From the NCBI RefSeq assembly GCF_003334785.1, contig NZ_QOWV01000001.1: a stretch of DNA of 64,000 bases. The stretch is one strand, 5' to 3'. The stretch comes from Escherichia coli (lineage in GTDB: Bacteria; Pseudomonadota; Gammaproteobacteria; Enterobacterales; Enterobacteriaceae). Positions 39,969-51,069 of this stretch are shown here, one piece after another. Made by a program: the position numbers and the translations under genes. Within the stretch, counting starts at the first letter, position 1, and each line of letters starts with the position of its first letter. Below the pieces are notes generated by a model. That model ran no database searches, was not told where the DNA came from, and was given only the letters and a program-made list of their open reading frames with translations.

Positions 39969-40664
39969 GTGATAACGCGTGATTTCTTGATGAATGCCGA
40001 TTGTAAAACGGCATTTGGTGCCATTGAAGAATCACTCTTATGGTCAGCAGAACAACGGGCGGCTTCGCTGGCGGCGACGCTGGCTTGTCGACCTGATGAG
40101 GGACCGGTGTGGATCTTCGGCTATGGATCGTTGATGTGGAATCCGGCACTGGAGTTTACCGAATCGTGCACCGGTACACTGGTTGGATGGCATCGCGCAT
40201 TTTGCCTGCGCCTGACCGCCGGGCGCGGGACTGCGCACCAGCCGGGACGGATGCTTGCACTGAAAGAGGGCGGACGCACCACAGGCGTCGCCTATCGACT
40301 GCCAGAAGAGACGCTGGAGCAGGAACTAACCCTGTTGTGGAAGCGAGAGATGATTACCGGCTGTTATCTGCCAACCTGGTGTCAGCTTGATCTTGATGAT
40401 GGACGCACAGTAAACGCCATTGTGTTTATTATGGACCCGCGACATCCAGAATATGAATCTGATACTCGCGCTCAGGTCATCGCGCCGTTGATTGCGGCGG
40501 CGAGCGGTCCGCTGGGAACCAACGCACAATACCTGTTTTCACTGGAACAGGAGCTTATCAAACTGGGAATGCAGGACGATGGGCTGAATGATTTGCTGGT
40601 ATCGGTAAAAAAACTGCTGGCGGAGAATTTTCCGGATGGTGTGTTACGTCCGGGATTCGCCTGA
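39969..40664 (+). CDS. chaC: Gamma-glutamylcyclotransferase-family protein ChaC
   Basis: ORF 39933..40664; likely GTG start at 39969 giving (M)ITRDFLMNADCK; contains the motif WIFGYGSLMWNP. Confidence 0.75.
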   Translation: MITRDFLMNADCKTAFGAIEESLLWSAEQRAASLAATLACRPDEGPVWIFGYGSLMWNPALEFTESCTGTLVGWHRAFCLRLTAGRGTAHQPGRMLALKEGGRTTGVAYRLPEETLEQELTLLWKREMITGCYLPTWCQLDLDDGRTVNAIVFIMDPRHPEYESDTRAQVIAPLIAAASGPLGTNAQYLFSLEQELIKLGMQDDGLNDLLVSVKKLLAENFPDGVLRPGFA

Positions 40665-40707
40665 GTAAACTTCCCGCATAGTGGGGCGTCAGACGCCCCC
40701 TCAAACA

Positions 40708-41061
40708 TTAAAATGTGAGCACTTTATCGGCTGACAGCGTCCATTGCGCCAGTTCCACAAGAGTACCGATTTCCACCCCATCAATCAGAGGAAGTGTACT
40801 AATCCCGCGCCCGTCGGTACAGGTTTTGCACAATTTCACCGGTACATTCTGAGCGGTAAGGATCTCCAGCATTTGCTGAATGTTGTAGCCTTCCCCTGGT
40901 TTTTGCCCGCGCAACCCGGCTGTGACCGCATCAGACATGAGGAACAGACGCAGATCCAGATTGCTCTCCTGCTCTCGTAACGCAATGGCCAGCCGCAAGC
41001 TGTTAAACAAGGATTCGCTCCCGTAAGGTGCGCCATTGGCAACGATCACGATTTTTTGCAT
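40708..41061 (-). CDS. ychN: DsrE/DsrF-like sulfur-relay family protein YchN
   Basis: 117 aa starting MQKIVIVANGAPYGSE. Confidence 0.8.
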   Translation of the reverse strand: MQKIVIVANGAPYGSESLFNSLRLAIALREQESNLDLRLFLMSDAVTAGLRGQKPGEGYNIQQMLEILTAQNVPVKLCKTCTDGRGISTLPLIDGVEIGTLVELAQWTLSADKVLTF

Positions 41062-41078
41062 TATTTACTCCTGTATTC

Positions 41079-41182
<104 letters not shown>

Positions 41183-41183
41183 T

Positions 41184-41223
<40 letters not shown>

Positions 41224-41245
41224 ATTACCGGAAGTTACCGACGTT

Positions 41246-42640
41246 TTGAGCCGTTTCGTTCCTCGCATTATCCCGTTTTATTTACTCTTGCTTGTAGCAG
41301 GCGGTACAGCTAACGCACAATCTACCTTCGAGCAAAAAGCGGCAAATCCCTTTGATAATAACAATGATGGTCTGCCGGATTTAGGCATGGCTCCCGAAAA
41401 TCATGATGGGGAAAAACACTTTGCTGAAATTGTGAAAGATTTCGGCGAAACCAGTATGAATGATAACGGGCTGGATACTGGCGAGCAGGCAAAAGCTTTC
41501 GCATTGGGAAAAGTCCGCGACGCGCTTAGTCAACAGGTTAATCAGCACGTAGAGTCCTGGCTATCACCGTGGGGAAATGCCAGTGTTGACGTCAAAGTGG
41601 ATAACGAAGGACATTTCACCGGCAGTCGTGGAAGCTGGTTTGTGCCGTTACAAGATAATGATCGTTATCTCACCTGGAGCCAGCTTGGTCTTACTCAGCA
41701 GGATAATGGGTTGGTGAGCAATGTGGGCGTTGGGCAACGCTGGGCGCGCGGCAACTGGCTGGTGGGTTATAACACTTTTTATGACAACTTGCTGGACGAA
41801 AATCTTCAGCGAGCGGGCTTTGGTGCCGAAGCGTGGGGCGAATATTTGCGATTATCGGCAAACTTTTATCAGCCGTTTGCTGCATGGCATGAACAGACAG
41901 CCACGCAGGAACAACGGATGGCGCGCGGGTACGACCTGACAGCTCGGATGCGCATGCCGTTCTATCAACACCTCAATACCAGTGTCAGCCTAGAACAGTA
42001 TTTTGGTGATCGTGTTGATTTGTTTAACTCTGGTACGGGTTATCACAATCCCGTCGCGTTGAGTCTGGGATTAAATTACACCCCTGTGCCATTAGTCACT
42101 GTGACGGCCCAGCATAAACAGGGTGAAAGTGGCGAAAATCAAAATAACCTCGGGCTGAATCTTAATTACCGCTTTGGTGTACCGCTCAAAAAACAACTTT
42201 CTGCGGGCGAGGTTGCCGAAAGTCAGTCGTTACGTGGTAGTCGCTATGACAATCCGCAGCGAAATAATCTACCGACTCTTGAGTACCGACAGCGAAAAAC
42301 GTTAACGGTGTTTCTGGCGACACCGCCGTGGGATCTAAAACCTGGCGAAACAGTGCCGCTGAAATTACAAATCCGCAGTCGTTACGGTATTCGGCAACTG
42401 ATTTGGCAGGGCGATACACAGATATTAAGTTTGACGCCGGGCGCACAAGCCAACAGCGCGGAGGGCTGGACGCTGATCATGCCTGACTGGCAGAACGGGG
42501 AAGGGGCAAGCAATCACTGGCGATTGTCTGTGGTGGTGGAAGATAACCAGGGGCAGCGTGTCTCCTCCAATGAGATCACGCTAACGCTTGTCGAACCGTT
42601 CGATGCATTGTCAAACGACGAACTGCGCTGGGAACCGTAA
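41246..42640 (+). CDS. ychO: Putative invasin/intimin-like outer-membrane protein YchO
   Basis: 464-aa ORF with a signal-peptide-like N-terminus; K-12 synteny. Confidence 0.7.
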   Translation: MSRFVPRIIPFYLLLLVAGGTANAQSTFEQKAANPFDNNNDGLPDLGMAPENHDGEKHFAEIVKDFGETSMNDNGLDTGEQAKAFALGKVRDALSQQVNQHVESWLSPWGNASVDVKVDNEGHFTGSRGSWFVPLQDNDRYLTWSQLGLTQQDNGLVSNVGVGQRWARGNWLVGYNTFYDNLLDENLQRAGFGAEAWGEYLRLSANFYQPFAAWHEQTATQEQRMARGYDLTARMRMPFYQHLNTSVSLEQYFGDRVDLFNSGTGYHNPVALSLGLNYTPVPLVTVTAQHKQGESGENQNNLGLNLNYRFGVPLKKQLSAGEVAESQSLRGSRYDNPQRNNLPTLEYRQRKTLTVFLATPPWDLKPGETVPLKLQIRSRYGIRQLIWQGDTQILSLTPGAQANSAEGWTLIMPDWQNGEGASNHWRLSVVVEDNQGQRVSSNEITLTLVEPFDALSNDELRWEP

Positions 42641-43291
42641 TCAGAAAATGCGCTCCTGATGCACCCATACCGCTGCTTCCACGCGAGACTTGAGCTTCAT
42701 TTTCTTCAGCATGTGCTTGACGTGCACTTTTACTGTGCTTTCGGTGATATCCAGGCGGCGGGCAATCATCTTGTTCGGCAAACCCTGGGCAATCAGCTTG
42801 AGAATATCGCGCTCGCGTGGGGTTAACTGGTTAACATCGCGCTCAGTAGTGGCACGGTTAGCGCGCAAGCTGGCGGCCAGAACAGGCGTTAATGCTTCGC
42901 TTAATACCATTTCGCCAGCAGCTGCCTGATGCAATGCTTTCAGCAGATCTTCCGGTTCCATATCTTTTAACAGATAGCCATCCGCGCCGCGTTTCAGTGC
43001 GGTGACCACATCTTCTTCATGGTTAGAGACGCTGAATACCACAATGCGCCCTGAGAGGGACTTTTCGCGCAGTTTATCCAGCGTTTCCAGACCGTTCATG
43101 CCGGGCATATTGAGATCTAACAGGATCAGATCGGGATCAAGAGACTCCGCCAGTTCAATACCCTGTTCGCCATTACTCGCTTCGCCAACCACGGTGATAT
43201 CTGGTGCCATACTGATAAGCTGTTTTACGCCAGTTCGCAGCATCGGGTGATCGTCAATCAGCAGGATAGTAGCCGGTTCCTGATTACTCAT
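42641..43291 (-). CDS. narL: Nitrate/nitrite response regulator NarL
   Basis: ORF 42641..43405; likely start [22 protein letters not shown] at 43291 (216 aa); LuxR-type HTH at the C-terminus. Confidence 0.9.
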
Positions 43292-45080
43292 GGGTATCTC
43301 CTTGGACGTCTGTGAAAGTTTTTTCGGGAATAAAGGTGACCACCACTTCGGTGCCACCTGATTCACGACGGCGGACGCGGCAATCGCCTCGTAAACTTTG
43401 CGCACGATCGCGCATTATTATCATGCCGTAGTGATTGCTGCGGATGGCATTTTCAGGCACGCCGCAGCCGTTATCCTGGACGGTCAGTTTGACCTGATTA
43501 TCGTTTTGCGCCACCGTCACCACGACTTCACTCGCTTGCGAATGTTTGAGGGCGTTACTTAATGCCTCACGGGCAATTTGCAACAAGTGGATTGCCTGAT
43601 GCGAAGGCACCAGGCGAGGCGGCAATTGATAATCCAGCTTCACCGGGAAGCCAAATTTGGCGCTGTACTCTTCGCAACTCGCCTCCAGCGCCGGACGTAA
43701 TCCAGGCTCGGTGAGCTGCAAGCGGAATGTGGTGAGCAATTCACGCAACTGCGCCCAGGATGCATTCAGTTCGTTACGGATCTGACTTAACAGTTCGCGG
43801 CTGCTTTCTGGCAGCGCATCGCCCTGCATCTGTAAACAACTCACCTGCATCTTCATGCAAGAGAGAGATTGGGCAATAGAATCATGCAGTTCGCGCGCAA
43901 TGGTGGCACGCTCTTCCATCACGATCAACTGTTGCTGACGTTCCTGATGGCGATCCAGCGCCAGCGTGGCGGTGAGTTGTTCAACCAGGGTATCCACCAG
44001 TTGTTGTTGATCATGGCTAAGATGACGCCCCTGCGGCAGGGTCGCCAGCAAAATACCGTACTGCGTATGAGAGTCAGCCAGCCGCCACTTCAGGGTCGTG
44101 CCGCGATCACCAACGGGTAATACGCCGCGCGGGCAGAGCTGGCAGCCTTTATCATCACAAGTCATATCTGGCTGGCAGGTAAACTCCTGATGATTCTCTT
44201 CATCATCAGTGTCATACACCCGCAATTCGATATCACGTAGCAGGGTTAAATTCTGTAAGCCGTTGAGTACAGGTGACAGGCGTTCACACAGCGGGGCGCG
44301 GGAATGCAAACGGCGGTTAGCCTGCCATAAAAAAGAGAGGATCTGATTTTTATGCTCCAGCCCGGCGGTTTTCTCCTGAACCCGCTGCTCAAGTACGGCA
44401 TAACTTTCGGCCAGTTCTGCAGACATATTGTTCAACGCAGTTCCAAGCATCGCCATTTCGTTGCGCCCGCTGATGTTTGCGCGTTGGGTAAAATCGCGAT
44501 GACTGACGGCACTCGCCATTGCCAGCAGTTGCCGCCACGGTTGTAGCAGTCGCGCCCGCAACCAGATAATAGTGAACACCAGTAAAAGTGCCATAAATAC
44601 CGCCATTACCCGATGGACCAGTACCACTGTCTCGATGCGCATTTCCGTGGTGCGGTCAAAACCAGATACCAGTTGATCAAGCCCGGCAACAAACTGGCTG
44701 ACATCCGCTGACACCGTTTCTCGGTTTTGTGCACGCATCAGCGCAGGGATCAGTTCATTACGCCAGTAATCTTGTAAACCCTGTAATTGCGCCAGTTGTC
44801 CGTCTCGTTCTGCTGCTCGAGTCAACTCGGCGCTAAATGCCGTTTGTTCCATCTCTTTAATTAAGGGCTTGTCTTTCTCGCTTAATGGCACTGCCGCCAA
44901 CAGACGGTAACTTTGCATGCGCAGCGATCCCGCTTTGTTGATCGCATGGGCGCTGCCCTGAACGCCTTGCACCAGCCAGCCAGAAACCGCCATCCCTGCC
45001 AGTCCAATAGCAGTAGAAAGCAACACAATAAGCGCAACCTGATTAACCAGGGTGAGCGGAGAGAGACAACGTTTAAGCAT
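43284..45080 (-). CDS. narX: Nitrate/nitrite sensor histidine kinase NarX
   Basis: 598 aa; H-box [12 protein letters not shown]; stop overlaps the narL start by 8 bp. Confidence 0.9.
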
Positions 45081-45345
45081 GTAAACCTCTTCCTTCAGGC
45101 TTTAAATGAGCAATAACCTTAATGAATGTGACGATACATTCTGGAATGGCAGTATTCTCGGCTATTGGCTGAAGTATACCCATACCCGGAAAGAGTTACT
45201 CCTTATTTGCCGTGTGGTTAGTCGCTTTACATCGGTAAGGGTAGGGATTTTACAGCACCGTGAAAAATCTCATAATTTTTATGAAGTCACTGTACTCACT
45301 ATGGGTAATGATAAATATCAATGATAGATAAAGTTATCTTATCGT

Positions 45346-45359
45346 TTGATTTACATCAA
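45346..45359. promoter_or_regulatory. FNR box in the narK promoter
   Basis: TTGAT-TTAC-ATCAA, perfect consensus half-sites, about 60 bp upstream of the narK start. Confidence 0.55.
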
Positions 45360-45412
45360 ATTGCCTTTAGCTACAGACACTAAGGTGGCAGACATCGAAA
45401 CGAGTATCAGAG

Positions 45413-46810
45413 GTGTCTATGAGTCACTCATCCGCCCCCGAAAGGGCTACTGGAGCTGTCATTACAGATTGGCGACCGGAAGATCCTGCGTTCTGGCAAC
45501 AACGCGGTCAACGTATTGCCAGCCGCAACCTGTGGATTTCCGTTCCCTGTCTGCTGCTGGCGTTTTGCGTATGGATGTTGTTCAGCGCTGTTGCGGTGAA
45601 CCTACCGAAAGTCGGCTTTAATTTTACGACCGATCAGCTATTTATGTTGACTGCGCTGCCTTCGGTTTCTGGCGCGTTATTACGTGTTCCATACTCCTTT
45701 ATGGTTCCTATCTTCGGTGGTCGTCGCTGGACGGCGTTCAGCACCGGTATTCTGATTATTCCTTGCGTCTGGCTGGGTTTTGCCGTGCAGGATACCTCCA
45801 CGCCTTATAGCGTCTTCATCATCATCTCTCTGCTATGCGGCTTTGCTGGCGCGAACTTCGCATCCAGTATGGCAAACATCAGCTTCTTCTTTCCGAAACA
45901 GAAGCAGGGTGGCGCGCTGGGTCTGAATGGTGGTCTGGGAAACATGGGCGTCAGCGTCATGCAGTTGGTTGCTCCGCTGGTGGTATCACTGTCGATTTTC
46001 GCAGTATTTGGTAGCCAGGGCGTCAAACAGCCGGATGGGACTGAGCTGTATCTGGCGAATGCGTCCTGGATATGGGTGCCGTTCCTTGCCATCTTCACCA
46101 TTGCGGCGTGGTTTGGCATGAACGATCTTGCTACCTCGAAAGCCTCCATCAAGGAGCAGTTGCCGGTACTCAAACGGGGTCATCTGTGGATTATGAGCCT
46201 GCTGTATCTGGCAACCTTCGGCTCCTTCATCGGCTTCTCCGCGGGCTTTGCAATGCTGTCAAAAACGCAGTTCCCGGATGTTCAGATTCTGCAATACGCT
46301 TTCTTCGGGCCGTTTATTGGTGCGCTGGCGCGTTCTGCAGGTGGTGCATTATCTGACCGTCTGGGCGGAACTCGTGTCACGCTGGTGAACTTTATTCTGA
46401 TGGCGATTTTCAGCGGCCTGCTGTTCCTGACCTTACCGACTGACGGGCAGGGCGGAAGCTTCATGGCGTTCTTCGCGGTCTTCCTGGCGCTGTTCCTGAC
46501 AGCTGGGCTGGGTAGTGGTTCCACTTTCCAGATGATTTCAGTGATCTTCCGTAAACTGACAATGGATCGCGTGAAAGCAGAAGGGGGTTCTGACGAACGT
46601 GCGATGCGTGAAGCGGCAACCGACACGGCGGCGGCGCTGGGTTTCATCTCTGCGATTGGCGCGATTGGTGGCTTCTTTATCCCGAAAGCGTTTGGTAGCT
46701 CGCTGGCATTAACGGGTTCGCCAGTCGGCGCAATGAAGGTATTTTTGATTTTCTATATCGCCTGCGTAGTGATTACCTGGGCGGTATATGGTCGGCATTC
46801 TAAAAAATAA
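45413..46810 (+). CDS. narK: Nitrate/nitrite antiporter NarK (MFS)
   Basis: 465-aa polytopic ORF; start may be the Met at 45419. Confidence 0.9.
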   Translation: MSMSHSSAPERATGAVITDWRPEDPAFWQQRGQRIASRNLWISVPCLLLAFCVWMLFSAVAVNLPKVGFNFTTDQLFMLTALPSVSGALLRVPYSFMVPIFGGRRWTAFSTGILIIPCVWLGFAVQDTSTPYSVFIIISLLCGFAGANFASSMANISFFFPKQKQGGALGLNGGLGNMGVSVMQLVAPLVVSLSIFAVFGSQGVKQPDGTELYLANASWIWVPFLAIFTIAAWFGMNDLATSKASIKEQLPVLKRGHLWIMSLLYLATFGSFIGFSAGFAMLSKTQFPDVQILQYAFFGPFIGALARSAGGALSDRLGGTRVTLVNFILMAIFSGLLFLTLPTDGQGGSFMAFFAVFLALFLTAGLGSGSTFQMISVIFRKLTMDRVKAEGGSDERAMREAATDTAAALGFISAIGAIGGFFIPKAFGSSLALTGSPVGAMKVFLIFYIACVVITWAVYGRHSKK

Positions 46811-46811
46811 A

Positions 46812-46940
46812 CCGTTACTCGTCATACTTCGGGTTACATGTGCTGCGGCTGCGTTCATTCACCCCAGTCACTTACTTTAGTAAGCTCCTGGGATTCATTC
46901 ACTTGCCGCCTTCCTGTAAACCGAATTATATAGAGTAAAA
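46812..46940. repeat. ERIC (IRU) enterobacterial repetitive intergenic consensus element
   Basis: Contains cgttcattcaccccagtcacttactt and agtaagctcctgggattcattcac, which match the ERIC2 and ERIC1R primer regions as I remember them. Confidence 0.6.
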
Positions 46941-46956
46941 TATTTGATTATCCTTT

Positions 46957-46983
46957 GCGCGGCATGATGTCGCGCTTTTTTTA
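46957..46983 (+). terminator. Rho-independent terminator downstream of narK and the ERIC element
   Basis: gcgcg-gcatgatgt-cgcgc followed by eight T. Confidence 0.5.
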
Positions 46984-47070
46984 TGCGTCATTTAGTTACA
47001 ACATACTAATGTTATATGGTTTATTTCGCCGGATTTCATTAAGAGCCATTAATATGTTACCCATGGGGAA

Positions 47071-47087
47071 TACTCCTTAATACCCAT
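47071..47087. promoter_or_regulatory. NarL heptamer sites upstream of narG
   Basis: TACTCCT and TACCCAT (NarL heptamer consensus TACYYMT), about 200 bp upstream of the FNR box. Confidence 0.45.
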
Positions 47088-47220
47088 CTGCATAAAAATC
47101 TTAATAGTTTAAATAACTACAGGTATAAAACGTCTTAATTTACAGTCTGTTATGTGGTGGCTGTTAATTATCCTAAAGGGGTATCTTAGGAATTTACTTT
47201 ATTTTTCATCCCCATCACTC

Positions 47221-47234
47221 TTGATCGTTATCAA
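47221..47234. promoter_or_regulatory. FNR box of the narG promoter
   Basis: TTGAT-CGTT-ATCAA, perfect FNR consensus, about 100 bp upstream of the narG ATG. Confidence 0.7.
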
Positions 47235-47325
47235 TTCCCACGCTGTTTCAGAGCGTTACCTTGCCCTTAAACATTAGCAATGTCGATTTATCAGAGGGCC
47301 GACAGGCTCCCACAGGAGAAAACCG

Positions 47326-50300
47326 ATGAGTAAATTCCTGGACCGGTTTCGCTACTTCAAACAGAAGGGTGAAACCTTTGCCGATGGGCATGGCCAGCTT
47401 CTCAATACCAACCGTGACTGGGAGGATGGATATCGCCAGCGTTGGCAGCATGACAAAATCGTCCGCTCTACCCACGGGGTAAACTGCACCGGCTCCTGCA
47501 GCTGGAAAATCTACGTCAAAAACGGTCTGGTCACCTGGGAAACCCAGCAGACTGACTATCCGCGTACCCGTCCGGATCTGCCAAACCATGAACCTCGCGG
47601 CTGCCCGCGCGGTGCCAGCTACTCCTGGTATCTTTACAGTGCCAACCGCCTGAAATACCCGATGATGCGCAAACGCCTGATGAAAATGTGGCGTGAAGCG
47701 AAGGCGCTGCATAGCGATCCGGTTGAGGCATGGGCTTCTATCATTGAAGACGCCGATAAAGCGAAAAGCTTTAAGCAGGCGCGTGGACGCGGTGGATTTG
47801 TTCGTTCTTCCTGGCAGGAGGTGAACGAACTGATCGCCGCATCTAACGTTTACACCATCAAAAACTACGGCCCGGACCGTGTTGCTGGTTTCTCGCCAAT
47901 TCCGGCAATGTCGATGGTTTCTTACGCATCGGGTGCACGCTATCTCTCGCTGATTGGCGGTACTTGCTTAAGCTTCTACGACTGGTACTGCGACTTGCCT
48001 CCTGCGTCTCCGCAAACCTGGGGCGAGCAAACTGACGTACCGGAATCTGCTGACTGGTACAACTCCAGCTACATCATCGCCTGGGGGTCAAACGTGCCGC
48101 AGACGCGTACCCCGGATGCTCACTTCTTTACTGAAGTGCGTTACAAAGGGACCAAAACTGTTGCCGTCACACCAGACTACGCTGAAATCGCCAAACTGTG
48201 CGATCTGTGGCTGGCACCGAAACAGGGCACCGATGCGGCAATGGCGCTGGCGATGGGCCACGTAATGCTGCGTGAATTCCACCTCGACAACCCAAGCCAG
48301 TATTTCACCGACTATGTGCGTCGCTACACCGACATGCCGATGCTGGTGATGCTGGAAGAACGCGACGGTTACTACGCTGCAGGTCGTATGCTGCGCGCTG
48401 CTGATCTGGTTGATGCGCTGGGCCAGGAAAACAATCCGGAATGGAAAACTGTCGCCTTTAATACCAATGGCGAAATGGTTGCGCCGAACGGTTCTATTGG
48501 CTTCCGCTGGGGCGAGAAGGGCAAATGGAATCTTGAGCAGCGCGACGGCAAAACTGGCGAAGAAACCGAGCTGCAACTGAGCCTGCTGGGTAGCCAGGAT
48601 GAGATCGCTGAGGTAGGCTTCCCGTACTTTGGTGGCGACGGCACGGAACACTTCAACAAAGTGGAACTGGAAAACGTGCTGCTGCACAAACTGCCGGTGA
48701 AACGCCTGCAACTGGCTGATGGCAGCACCGCCCTGGTGACCACCGTTTATGATCTGACGCTGGCAAACTACGGTCTGGAACGTGGCCTGAACGACGTTAA
48801 CTGTGCAACCAGCTATGACGATGTGAAAGCTTATACCCCGGCCTGGGCCGAGCAGATTACCGGCGTTTCTCGCAGCCAGATTATTCGCATCGCCCGTGAA
48901 TTTGCCGATAACGCTGATAAAACGCACGGTCGTTCGATGATTATCGTCGGTGCGGGGCTGAACCACTGGTATCACCTCGATATGAACTATCGTGGTCTGA
49001 TCAACATGCTGATTTTCTGCGGCTGTGTCGGTCAGAGCGGGGGCGGCTGGGCGCACTATGTAGGTCAGGAAAAACTGCGTCCGCAAACCGGCTGGCAGCC
49101 GCTGGCGTTTGCCCTTGACTGGCAGCGTCCGGCGCGTCACATGAACAGCACTTCTTATTTCTATAACCACTCCAGCCAGTGGCGTTATGAAACCGTCACG
49201 GCGGAAGAGTTGCTGTCACCGATGGCGGACAAATCCCGCTATACCGGACACTTGATCGACTTTAACGTCCGTGCGGAACGCATGGGCTGGCTGCCGTCTG
49301 CACCGCAGTTAGGCACTAACCCGCTGACTATCGCTGGCGAAGCGGAAAAAGCCGGGATGAATCCGGTGGACTATACGGTGAAATCCCTGAAAGAGGGTTC
49401 CATCCGTTTTGCGGCAGAACAACCAGAAAACGGTAAAAACCACCCGCGCAACCTGTTCATCTGGCGTTCTAACCTGCTCGGTTCTTCCGGTAAAGGTCAT
49501 GAGTTTATGCTCAAGTACCTGCTGGGGACGGAGCACGGTATCCAGGGTAAAGATCTGGGGCAACAGGGCGGCGTGAAGCCGGAAGAAGTGGACTGGCAGG
49601 ACAATGGTCTGGAAGGCAAGCTGGATCTGGTGGTTACGCTGGACTTCCGTCTGTCGAGCACCTGTCTCTATTCCGACATCATTTTGCCGACGGCGACCTG
49701 GTACGAAAAAGACGACATGAATACTTCGGATATGCATCCGTTTATTCACCCGCTGTCTGCGGCGGTCGATCCGGCCTGGGAAGCGAAAAGCGACTGGGAA
49801 ATCTACAAAGCCATCGCGAAGAAATTCTCCGAAGTGTGCGTCGGCCATCTGGGTAAAGAAACCGACATCGTCACGCTGCCTATCCAGCATGACTCTGCCG
49901 CTGAACTGGCGCAGCCGCTGGATGTGAAAGACTGGAAAAAAGGCGAGTGCGACCTGATCCCAGGTAAAACCGCGCCACACATTATGGTCGTAGAGCGCGA
50001 TTATCCGGCGACTTACGAACGCTTTACCTCTATCGGCCCGCTGATGGAGAAAATCGGTAATGGCGGTAAAGGGATTGCCTGGAACACCCAGAGCGAGATG
50101 GATCTGCTGCGTAAGCTCAACTACACCAAAGCGGAAGGTCCGGCGAAAGGCCAGCCGATGCTGAACACCGCAATTGATGCGGCAGAGATGATCCTGACAC
50201 TGGCACCGGAAACCAACGGTCAGGTAGCCGTGAAAGCCTGGGCTGCCCTGAGCGAATTTACCGGTCGTGACCATACGCATCTGGCGCTGAATAAAGAAGA

Positions 50301-51069
50301 CGAGAAGATCCGCTTCCGCGATATTCAGGCACAGCCGCGCAAAATTATCTCCAGCCCGACCTGGTCTGGTCTGGAAGATGAACACGTTTCTTACAACGCC
50401 GGTTACACCAACGTTCACGAGCTGATCCCATGGCGTACGCTCTCTGGTCGTCAGCAACTGTATCAGGATCACCAGTGGATGCGTGATTTCGGTGAAAGCC
50501 TGCTGGTTTATCGTCCGCCGATCGACACCCGTTCGGTGAAAGAAGTGATAGGCCAGAAATCCAACGGCAACCAGGAAAAAGCGCTCAACTTCCTGACGCC
50601 GCACCAGAAGTGGGGTATCCACTCCACCTACAGCGACAACCTGCTGATGCTGACTTTAGGTCGCGGTGGTCCGGTGGTCTGGTTGAGTGAAGCCGATGCC
50701 AAAGATCTGGGTATCGCCGATAACGACTGGATTGAAGTCTTCAACAGCAACGGTGCTCTGACTGCCCGTGCGGTTGTCAGCCAGCGTGTTCCGGCAGGGA
50801 TGACCATGATGTACCACGCGCAGGAACGTATCGTTAACCTGCCTGGTTCGGAAATTACCCAACAGCGTGGTGGTATCCATAACTCGGTCACCCGTATCAC
50901 GCCGAAACCGACGCATATGATCGGCGGCTATGCCCATCTGGCATACGGCTTTAACTACTATGGCACCGTAGGTTCTAACCGCGATGAGTTTGTTGTAGTG
51001 CGTAAGATGAAGAACATTGACTGGTTAGATGGCGAAGGCAATGACCAGGTACAGGAGAGCGTAAAATGA
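47326..51069 (+). CDS. narG: Respiratory nitrate reductase A, alpha (molybdopterin) subunit
   Basis: 1247 aa; N-terminal Fe-S motif HGVNCTGSCSWKIYVKNG. Confidence 0.95.
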   Translation: MSKFLDRFRYFKQKGETFADGHGQLLNTNRDWEDGYRQRWQHDKIVRSTHGVNCTGSCSWKIYVKNGLVTWETQQTDYPRTRPDLPNHEPRGCPRGASYSWYLYSANRLKYPMMRKRLMKMWREAKALHSDPVEAWASIIEDADKAKSFKQARGRGGFVRSSWQEVNELIAASNVYTIKNYGPDRVAGFSPIPAMSMVSYASGARYLSLIGGTCLSFYDWYCDLPPASPQTWGEQTDVPESADWYNSSYIIAWGSNVPQTRTPDAHFFTEVRYKGTKTVAVTPDYAEIAKLCDLWLAPKQGTDAAMALAMGHVMLREFHLDNPSQYFTDYVRRYTDMPMLVMLEERDGYYAAGRMLRAADLVDALGQENNPEWKTVAFNTNGEMVAPNGSIGFRWGEKGKWNLEQRDGKTGEETELQLSLLGSQDEIAEVGFPYFGGDGTEHFNKVELENVLLHKLPVKRLQLADGSTALVTTVYDLTLANYGLERGLNDVNCATSYDDVKAYTPAWAEQITGVSRSQIIRIAREFADNADKTHGRSMIIVGAGLNHWYHLDMNYRGLINMLIFCGCVGQSGGGWAHYVGQEKLRPQTGWQPLAFALDWQRPARHMNSTSYFYNHSSQWRYETVTAEELLSPMADKSRYTGHLIDFNVRAERMGWLPSAPQLGTNPLTIAGEAEKAGMNPVDYTVKSLKEGSIRFAAEQPENGKNHPRNLFIWRSNLLGSSGKGHEFMLKYLLGTEHGIQGKDLGQQGGVKPEEVDWQDNGLEGKLDLVVTLDFRLSSTCLYSDIILPTATWYEKDDMNTSDMHPFIHPLSAAVDPAWEAKSDWEIYKAIAKKFSEVCVGHLGKETDIVTLPIQHDSAAELAQPLDVKDWKKGECDLIPGKTAPHIMVVERDYPATYERFTSIGPLMEKIGNGGKGIAWNTQSEMDLLRKLNYTKAEGPAKGQPMLNTAIDAAEMILTLAPETNGQVAVKAWAALSEFTGRDHTHLALNKEDEKIRFRDIQAQPRKIISSPTWSGLEDEHVSYNAGYTNVHELIPWRTLSGRQQLYQDHQWMRDFGESLLVYRPPIDTRSVKEVIGQKSNGNQEKALNFLTPHQKWGIHSTYSDNLLMLTLGRGGPVVWLSEADAKDLGIADNDWIEVFNSNGALTARAVVSQRVPAGMTMMYHAQERIVNLPGSEITQQRGGIHNSVTRITPKPTHMIGGYAHLAYGFNYYGTVGSNRDEFVVVRKMKNIDWLDGEGNDQVQESVK

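Noticed and set aside
48088-50622. Long minus-strand ORFs (360 aa and 437 aa) inside narG
   Set aside because: Shadow ORFs antisense to a confidently identified, GC-rich, highly expressed gene.
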